Program-made: the position numbers and the translations under genes | The notes under the pieces: model-generated | Database searches by the model: none | Told to the model about the DNA's origin: nothing | The model's input: only the letters and a program-made list of their open reading frames with translations | DNA from: Parachlamydiales bacterium | Lineage (GTDB): Bacteria; Chlamydiota; Chlamydiia; Chlamydiales; JAJFMK01 | DNA length: 64,000 bases | Direction: 5' to 3' | NCBI GenBank assembly: GCA_963704365.1 | Contig: OY969899.1 | Location: 1,969,285 to 2,033,284 of the forward strand | Shown: positions 58,519 through 64,000 of the stretch, one piece after another | How positions within the stretch are numbered: position 1 is the first letter of the stretch | How the letters are laid out: the number at the start of each line of letters is the position of its first letter

Positions 58519-58992
58519 CTAAGGATCCTCAATCTTTATTTGTGATTTAACTAACACTTGCCTTAGAGAGCGGACCCTAGCTGTAGTTTGTCTGAGATTT
58601 TTAGATAATGATTCATTTGCTTCTTTGAGCTCGGCTTCCGTTTCATACCGAGCTCTTAAAGCTGCAATTGTGGCTTCTGCCTCTCCTTTAATTCTACAAT
58701 TTTCTAATTCGAGCTTCCTTTTTCCCCTTTGGGTCTCTATCAATTGCTTATTTAGTTCGCTTACTGATAGTTCTTCGATTTGTTGTTCGGCAGATATTAC
58801 TTTTGCCTTAAGTTGAGCTAGTGAAAGCTGGGCGTTTCTGGCTTTCAGAAAGAAAAAAATGGCGAAAGCCACTCCAGCAACCCCAAAGACAGTTCCAACT
58901 GTTCCAGGCTTAGAAACAAATGGTTGAAGGCGTGTTAGTATGTTGGTTAAAACGGGGCCCAACATAGAGCGTAAAGTAGAATGTACTGACAT
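58519..58992 (-). CDS. Hypothetical protein, one TM plus a long coiled coil (Inc/effector-like)
   Basis: TVFGVAGVAFAIFFFL TM followed by heptad repeats. Confidence 0.65.
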   Translation of the reverse strand: MSVHSTLRSMLGPVLTNILTRLQPFVSKPGTVGTVFGVAGVAFAIFFFLKARNAQLSLAQLKAKVISAEQQIEELSVSELNKQLIETQRGKRKLELENCRIKGEAEATIAALRARYETEAELKEANESLSKNLRQTTARVRSLRQVLVKSQIKIEDP

Positions 58993-59056
58993 AATAGAAC
59001 CCTATATAAATAATTAAGGGATGATTATAAGGGAGGAGTTTAACTTATGTCAATTA

Positions 59057-59839
59057 TTATTTTGCAATATTAGACAAATATTGGAGTAGTTTGCCTCTTG
59101 GAAGTTTAGTGTTAAAAGTTGGAAGCCCCTTCTCTAGGATCTCTTCGTCGGAGAGGGCCAATAGAAAAAGACCGCGGTGATTTTCGGGTAAGGCTTCTGT
59201 GATCTCTCTCTTCTTTCTATCAAAGGCGCGGCGGTGGATAAAAAGGCGCACAACAAAAAATAGGAGGACGAGACAGGGGATCGTCCAGAGGTAAGGGATA
59301 AAAGTGCCAAAAAGGGGCAAAACGAGGGTGATCAGAAAAAAGTTGACCTCTTTGGGCTGTCTGAAAAGAGGGCCATAAGCTTTTCGGAAAGGAGAGCTGG
59401 AAGTTTCATAGGCAAGCATCTCTTCGAAAAGGGGCTCTGAATAGGCCATACGGGAGACATGGACCAGCTCGTGTCCGACTAACTCATCGACTGGGTAGTA
59501 ACCTAACAGATATTTTTTCCCCCTAAGGCTTTTCCTTAATTGAAGAAACGCCTCTTCAGGAGAGGTCTTTGCTTCTTGAAAAATCCAAGCAGCTGCCCCT
59601 TCAAAAAAAGAGAGCTTCCTATTGCTAAAGACAACTGACACCCAGTCGATGGAAAAACCGAACAATTTTTGGGTGATGCAAGACCCCTCTTTTAAAAGGT
59701 GTTCTTGCTCACTTTCTTTTTCAAAATGGACAGGCGTTTTCTTCCCTTGCTCGATTCTGGCTAAAAATTGTTCATCTGTCTCACGAGGTGCAGGAAGCCA
59801 TCCTTGCTTTGCTAAGACAAAAACCTCTTCAGGGCTCAC
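59057..59839 (-). CDS. Conserved membrane protein with an HExxH metallopeptidase-like motif
   Basis: GHELVHVSR..EPLFEE.LAY.TS; two C-terminal TMs. GTG 59839 overlaps the upstream gene's stop. Confidence 0.65.
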   Translation of the reverse strand: MSPEEVFVLAKQGWLPAPRETDEQFLARIEQGKKTPVHFEKESEQEHLLKEGSCITQKLFGFSIDWVSVVFSNRKLSFFEGAAAWIFQEAKTSPEEAFLQLRKSLRGKKYLLGYYPVDELVGHELVHVSRMAYSEPLFEEMLAYETSSSPFRKAYGPLFRQPKEVNFFLITLVLPLFGTFIPYLWTIPCLVLLFFVVRLFIHRRAFDRKKREITEALPENHRGLFLLALSDEEILEKGLPTFNTKLPRGKLLQYLSNIAK

Positions 59840-60032
59840 TGTAGGGTCCTGTTGTTTTTGCCGCTTGTTGTAATGCTTTCCAGTGGCCGCGATCGAGCCA
59901 TCCAGTGCTGCCATCCCAATAATGGATCCAGACAAAAAGACCTATGAAAGGGAGGATGATATAGGTCCAGATCAACCAGCGAGGAATTTTTGTTTCGTAC
60001 GATTGGGGTACATCTTTTATTTCGTCACTCAT
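59829..60032 (-). CDS. Small membrane protein resembling the CcoP N-terminal helix
   Basis: I..Y..KIPRWLIWTYIIL resembles the CcoP/FixP N-terminal I.EYDNPLPRWW motif; lies in the cbb3 operon. Confidence 0.6.
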   Translation of the reverse strand: MSDEIKDVPQSYETKIPRWLIWTYIILPFIGLFVWIHYWDGSTGWLDRGHWKALQQAAKTTGPYSEP

Positions 60033-60181
60033 ATTTTCTCTTCGGGGTCGTCCATAAAAAGGGTTTTACTTGCTTCTTCAGACCAGTCAAACTTTTTTCC
60101 CCACCATGAAAAGATAAAGGCGATCAGTGCACCTACAGAAAAAAGGATGATCAGACTGTAGTGTATCCATTGGCCCATCAT
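60029..60181 (-). CDS. ccoS: cbb3-type oxidase maturation protein CcoS-like (50 aa; below the ORF track cutoff)
   Basis: Manual translation MMGQWIHYSLIILFSVGALIAFIFSWWGKKFDWSEEASKTLFMDDPEEKI; ATGA overlaps on both sides. Confidence 0.6.
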   Translation of the reverse strand: MMGQWIHYSLIILFSVGALIAFIFSWWGKKFDWSEEASKTLFMDDPEEKI

Positions 60182-61407
60182 TTTTTTACGTGCCCATCGA
60201 TGATCTCTTTTGTATTAACAGGGTCTTTTCCTAACCACCAAGCTTTAGAGGGGGAGGTCAACCGTGTCCCCTTTGTCATCATATATTGATAGATCGCCTC
60301 AAACTGCAAATTAGGGACACCCATTTTTGCACCAGGAGTACCTCTTGGATCATCATCAAAGAAATGTTGGAAGGAAGGCATGATGCTGCCTGGACTTGCT
60401 GTTTTAGGTGCCCAAAAATGGGACTTATGCCAATCGCGGCTAGGCCTTTTCACCCCTGTACGGGAGATATCGGGCCCAATGCGCCTTGTACCGGGGAAGG
60501 TAACATCTTGGTAAATGTATTCACTTGCTGTCGATGGAGGGGCAGGGTAGGCATCAGAACCATTGAGAACCACATCCTGAACCAAGGTCCGAGTCTGGTC
60601 GGTATGGCAATACCAACACCCTTCAATGGCGTAGATCCTCTCCCCTTTTTTGATAAGGTCTTGTCTCGACCAAAAGCCCATTTTTTTGAGCTCCTCCAAA
60701 GAGGCAATCGCCTTTCCATTTTGTGAATAGAGGTACCCTTTTCCTGTCGGGACTTCAATCTCCCTTACACGATATTCAACAGGGTTTTTGATGTACAAAT
60801 GGCCCTTTTCCTTGCTCTCTCCATCAAGGAGGACAAAATGTTCCTCTGTATAATCTTCAAGAGCCCCCTCACTTGCAGACGAAGCAAAGGCCACTTTTAA
60901 ACCAGGATCGTAAAGTTCCATCACCTGAAAGAGGGGAAGTGTCATCCCCTTTTCTTTCCACTTAGGGGTCTCATCGGTAAAGACTTTTTTCAGCTCCTGT
61001 TGAAGCCGTTCAACTTCTACCTTAAAAGGTGGGGTTGGGTTTCTTAGGAAGAGAATTTTATGAGTCAGTTTGATGGGCCCATCTTCTTTACTGATATATT
61101 TTTTTAAATAGTCTGGGGCAACAATACGGGAACGTTCCCCTTCAACGAAGGCCGAAAGGGTTTTCCCCTCTTCCATCGAAGCGACAAACTGTAAGTCGTA
61201 ATTACCTGTCACGCTGTTTGAAATAAAGACTCTCGGATCGCCCACTTCATAGAGTTGTTTTTGGTAATGAGAAGTATTTTCCGACCAGGTGGGATCGACT
61301 AAAGGGGGAATAATAAGGGTGATACCGATCGCGCAGCAAAAAAACAGGAAGACACCGATGACAGTCCACCAAAACGACCCTTCGACTTTATGACCAAGTC
61401 CACTCAT
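60178..61407 (-). CDS. ccoO: cbb3-type cytochrome c oxidase subunit II with a large insertion
   Basis: G.RIY..EGCWYCH, GTRRIGPDISR.G, WHKSH..P...PGSIMPSF. Confidence 0.88.
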   Translation of the reverse strand: MSGLGHKVEGSFWWTVIGVFLFFCCAIGITLIIPPLVDPTWSENTSHYQKQLYEVGDPRVFISNSVTGNYDLQFVASMEEGKTLSAFVEGERSRIVAPDYLKKYISKEDGPIKLTHKILFLRNPTPPFKVEVERLQQELKKVFTDETPKWKEKGMTLPLFQVMELYDPGLKVAFASSASEGALEDYTEEHFVLLDGESKEKGHLYIKNPVEYRVREIEVPTGKGYLYSQNGKAIASLEELKKMGFWSRQDLIKKGERIYAIEGCWYCHTDQTRTLVQDVVLNGSDAYPAPPSTASEYIYQDVTFPGTRRIGPDISRTGVKRPSRDWHKSHFWAPKTASPGSIMPSFQHFFDDDPRGTPGAKMGVPNLQFEAIYQYMMTKGTRLTSPSKAWWLGKDPVNTKEIIDGHVKK

Positions 61408-62837
61408 ACAGCTTCCTTCGAAACAACTTCTTCTCTAGGTTGCAGAACAATCGTATTAAAAATGTTCAACACAAAGATGAAATTAGCGAAAACCAAAATG
61501 GCTCCGCCAATCATTCGCATCAACCACCAAGGCTGCATCTGGACTATCGTCTCGATAAAGGGGACAACGCTGATGTTTTGCAAATATTCGGCATAGGTCT
61601 TTCCATTGGCCCAATTGGCCCACTCCAAACCTTGCAGAAAACCTCCTACCCATAAGGGAAGGATAAAAAAGAGGGAGCCCAGCATACTCAAAGAAAAGTG
61701 CCAATCGGCTAGCTCTACAGACCAAAGGGGCTTTCTCTCCATCCTAGGGACGCAATAGTAGACCCCGGCACTAGCAAAAAAGGTGAATGTCGCAAACAAA
61801 CTGATATGAGAATGTCCGATGACCCAGTCAGTTTTTGAGGTGATCTCATTGATGTTCCGCAAAGCCATTAAAGGGCCTTGGATACACGTCAAAAGGTAGA
61901 AAACGTTCCCCATCATGATGAAACGGATCCCTGGACTTTCTAGATATTTCTTCCAATTTCCCCTCAATGTGCCGAAAATATTGGTCACGACACTCCAAAC
62001 AGGGATGAAAAGCCAAAGAGAAAAGACGATAGAGGTGGTCTGAAGCCACTGAGAAACGGGTCCGTGGATGATGTGGTGAGCTCCAATCCAGGCATAGGTA
62101 AAAGCAATCGTCCAAAAACCAACCATCGATAATCTGTGGCTATAAATAGGGACGTTGGCGAATTTGGGTAAAAAATAGTAGGCCGATGCAAGCCCCATCG
62201 GTGTGAAAATGAGCCCTACAAGATTATGCACATAAAAGAAGCTGGCATTGACTCTAGAAATGCCCCCAGGAAGATCGTTTATATAGAACCAGCCTACGTA
62301 GACTGTGATGGTCGTCCAGATGATTGTTCCGAGGGTATACCAGAGAGAGACATACATCTTTTCGTATTTCCGCTTCGCAATAGTCGCCAATAGATTGAAG
62401 GCGAGCATGGCCCAGGCGACCACGAACAATACCTTGATCGGGATGTAGGAGACATACATGGGCAGTTCGGCATACTCCCAGCCCCAGTTTGTTCCAAAAG
62501 GGAAAGAGAGGTTCCCTAAAACGAGACTAAACCACCAGATGACAATAGCCACTTTCGCAAGTTTTACGCTCCAAATAGGTGTACCGCAAAGACGAGGGAC
62601 AAAGTAAAAGATCAGTCCCACATCGACAGAAAGCAACCAAAGAAGAGTGACAGTGCCCACATGGACAGGTCGAACCCGTCCGAAGTGGATATATTCACCC
62701 GAAAAATAGTCGGGTATTAAGAAGCCGTTGATCGAGATAAAAAGGCCAACCAACATTCCAAAAAGAAGAAAGATGAGGGATGGGTAGACAAGCCATTTGA
62801 CTGGGGTATCATCGTACACGACTTTAGTTGCTTCCAC
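61404..62837 (-). CDS. ccoN: cbb3-type cytochrome c oxidase subunit I
   Basis: FGRVRPVH, EYAELP, YVSLWY, YVHN.VG, YS..LS...FW...Y.W.G.HH, TDW.IGHSH. Confidence 0.92.
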   Translation of the reverse strand: MEATKVVYDDTPVKWLVYPSLIFLLFGMLVGLFISINGFLIPDYFSGEYIHFGRVRPVHVGTVTLLWLLSVDVGLIFYFVPRLCGTPIWSVKLAKVAIVIWWFSLVLGNLSFPFGTNWGWEYAELPMYVSYIPIKVLFVVAWAMLAFNLLATIAKRKYEKMYVSLWYTLGTIIWTTITVYVGWFYINDLPGGISRVNASFFYVHNLVGLIFTPMGLASAYYFLPKFANVPIYSHRLSMVGFWTIAFTYAWIGAHHIIHGPVSQWLQTTSIVFSLWLFIPVWSVVTNIFGTLRGNWKKYLESPGIRFIMMGNVFYLLTCIQGPLMALRNINEITSKTDWVIGHSHISLFATFTFFASAGVYYCVPRMERKPLWSVELADWHFSLSMLGSLFFILPLWVGGFLQGLEWANWANGKTYAEYLQNISVVPFIETIVQMQPWWLMRMIGGAILVFANFIFVLNIFNTIVLQPREEVVSKEAV

Positions 62838-64000
62838 TTCTTTCCTCTTCGATTTCTTCTAACTGATCCTTCCACAAGCGCCGATTTTCTGCGAAGGTTT
62901 CTCTCATCCCTCGCAAAAGGGCCTTCCATTCTTTCAGGTCTTTATCCTTCTCGGTTAGGTTAGAAGGGAATAGGCTTTTTTCCCGCTCTTCTTCCCTACC
63001 TAGCTGATCGATCTTGAACTGAACAAACTGCTCCATCTCAAGCTCAAGCGTCTTCTGCTCTTCAGGGGGTTTGACCCCAATTTTTGAATAGACCGGCAGA
63101 GCTCCTGATGACCACTGAGTATAAAGAGGAGCTAACAGCTCGGCCCCCTCTTTTGAAGTAATCGACACTCCAAGCGTCTCAACCCCTTTTCTTTGCTCAT
63201 CAAAAAGCTTTCGAAGAGAGGGAGATGTAATGGCATTATCAGAAGCAATGGTGCTTGAATAGAGTTGTTCACGTACTTTTTTATAAGCTAAATTTTTTTC
63301 AGACAGGCTACGGATGTAAATAACGAGCTGCACCCTTTGCCAGGCGGTCGTGATATCGGCAAAAGATGTCATGGCGGTGCCAGGAACGCCGTAGGTGATC
63401 GATTGCAATAATCGCATATCATCCCTTGAATCGATCCAGTCGAGGTTGGTTAACATCCTCGGTTTAGCATCTTGCATCACCTCTGCACGATTACTCGATC
63501 CATCTGCATCGGATCCATGGCACATGGCACATTGCAAAGTAAATAGTTTTTTCCCCGATTCGATATTTTCCGGAGTGTAATATTCCTTTTTAATGTAGTA
63601 ACGGTCGTCTGTGACACCATAGGGATCTCCTGGAAAAACAGTGAAAAGCTTTTCTTCTGTCCACTTGGTCTGAATAACACTTTGAATATCAAGAAAAAAA
63701 CCACCTCTCAATGGTTTTGGAGCAGGTTCAGTATTGAGCTCCTGGATGAGCTCTTCTGGTCCGTATTGCCATTTTGGCGGTTGGCCGACAACCCCTGAAG
63801 GGAGTTGATCGAAGATCCAATGGGCCATCTGCTCAACCTCTTGTTGCTTATAAACAGGAGTGGCAAACCCTTCTCCTTTATCAGGCCAAGATTCGCCCCA
63901 AGGAGCCATAGGAGTCCCTTTTACGCCATGGATAATAGAAGCTCTTACCCGATCTCTTCCAAGACCACTTAAGAACGAGGCGTTTCTCAGGTTTTTTGGA
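62824..64000 (-). CDS. Multi-domain c-type cytochrome (5' end outside the window)
   Basis: CAMCH with KPRMLTN..SI.YGVPGTAM. The upstream frame is open to 64000 and carries a second PKNL..SIIHGVKGTPM.PWG cytochrome c tail. Confidence 0.85.
   Translation of the reverse strand, partial: PKNLRNASFLSGLGRDRVRASIIHGVKGTPMAPWGESWPDKGEGFATPVYKQQEVEQMAHWIFDQLPSGVVGQPPKWQYGPEELIQELNTEPAPKPLRGGFFLDIQSVIQTKWTEEKLFTVFPGDPYGVTDDRYYIKKEYYTPENIESGKKLFTLQCAMCHGSDADGSSNRAEVMQDAKPRMLTNLDWIDSRDDMRLLQSITYGVPGTAMTSFADITTAWQRVQLVIYIRSLSEKNLAYKKVREQLYSSTIASDNAITSPSLRKLFDEQRKGVETLGVSITSKEGAELLAPLYTQWSSGALPVYSKIGVKPPEEQKTLELEMEQFVQFKIDQLGREEEREKSLFPSNLTEKDKDLKEWKALLRGMRETFAENRRLWKDQLEEIEEERSGSN

Noticed and set aside
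61404-62837. Nitric oxide reductase NorB instead of CcoN
   Set aside because: It has the cbb3 signatures (EYAE, YVS.W, helix-VII Tyr, TDW.IGH.H) and lacks the NOR HLWVEG glutamate motif.
253-63704. Many 60-190 aa antisense or overlapping ORFs in the track (e.g. 253-456, 37444-38016, 41083-41505, 60286-60726)
   Set aside because: Shadow frames of well-supported genes, with no motifs or RBS.

Overview
Chromosomal window from an environmental Chlamydiota-like bacterium. The taxon is inferred from CT273/CT274-like genes, the chlamydial gspD-E-F-pseudopilin T2SS operon, the dsbD/tolQRAB/tatD neighbourhood, and gpsA next to a eukaryote-type UDP-sugar pyrophosphorylase. Housekeeping blocks are recC (partial), lplT/aas-like, rpoN, comF, parB-batA-batB, T2SS, Tol, nnr-gpsA-waaF, an O-antigen/rhamnose cluster, a partner-switching module, sulP and an atypical cbb3 oxidase operon. 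Accessory DNA is interleaved: a GNAT/DUF1778 TA pair; a MYND+SET gene split by an apparent +1 frameshift; a decayed MNT-HEPN pair fused to the 3' end of a group II intron; an RHS relic; a 1335-aa NB-ARC/TPR (NLR-like) protein; a probable pseudokinase; and several effector-like ORFs. The most distinctive non-coding signal is a nested set of repeats. Two near-identical 322-bp IS231-type (IS4 family) MITEs lie in inverted orientation. Each carries a REP-like palindrome that also occurs free in the window, and each sits in the same kind of CAGG-RT-NNN-YAGG target. No rRNA, tRNA or CRISPR array was seen. All calls come from motif recognition only; no database search was run.
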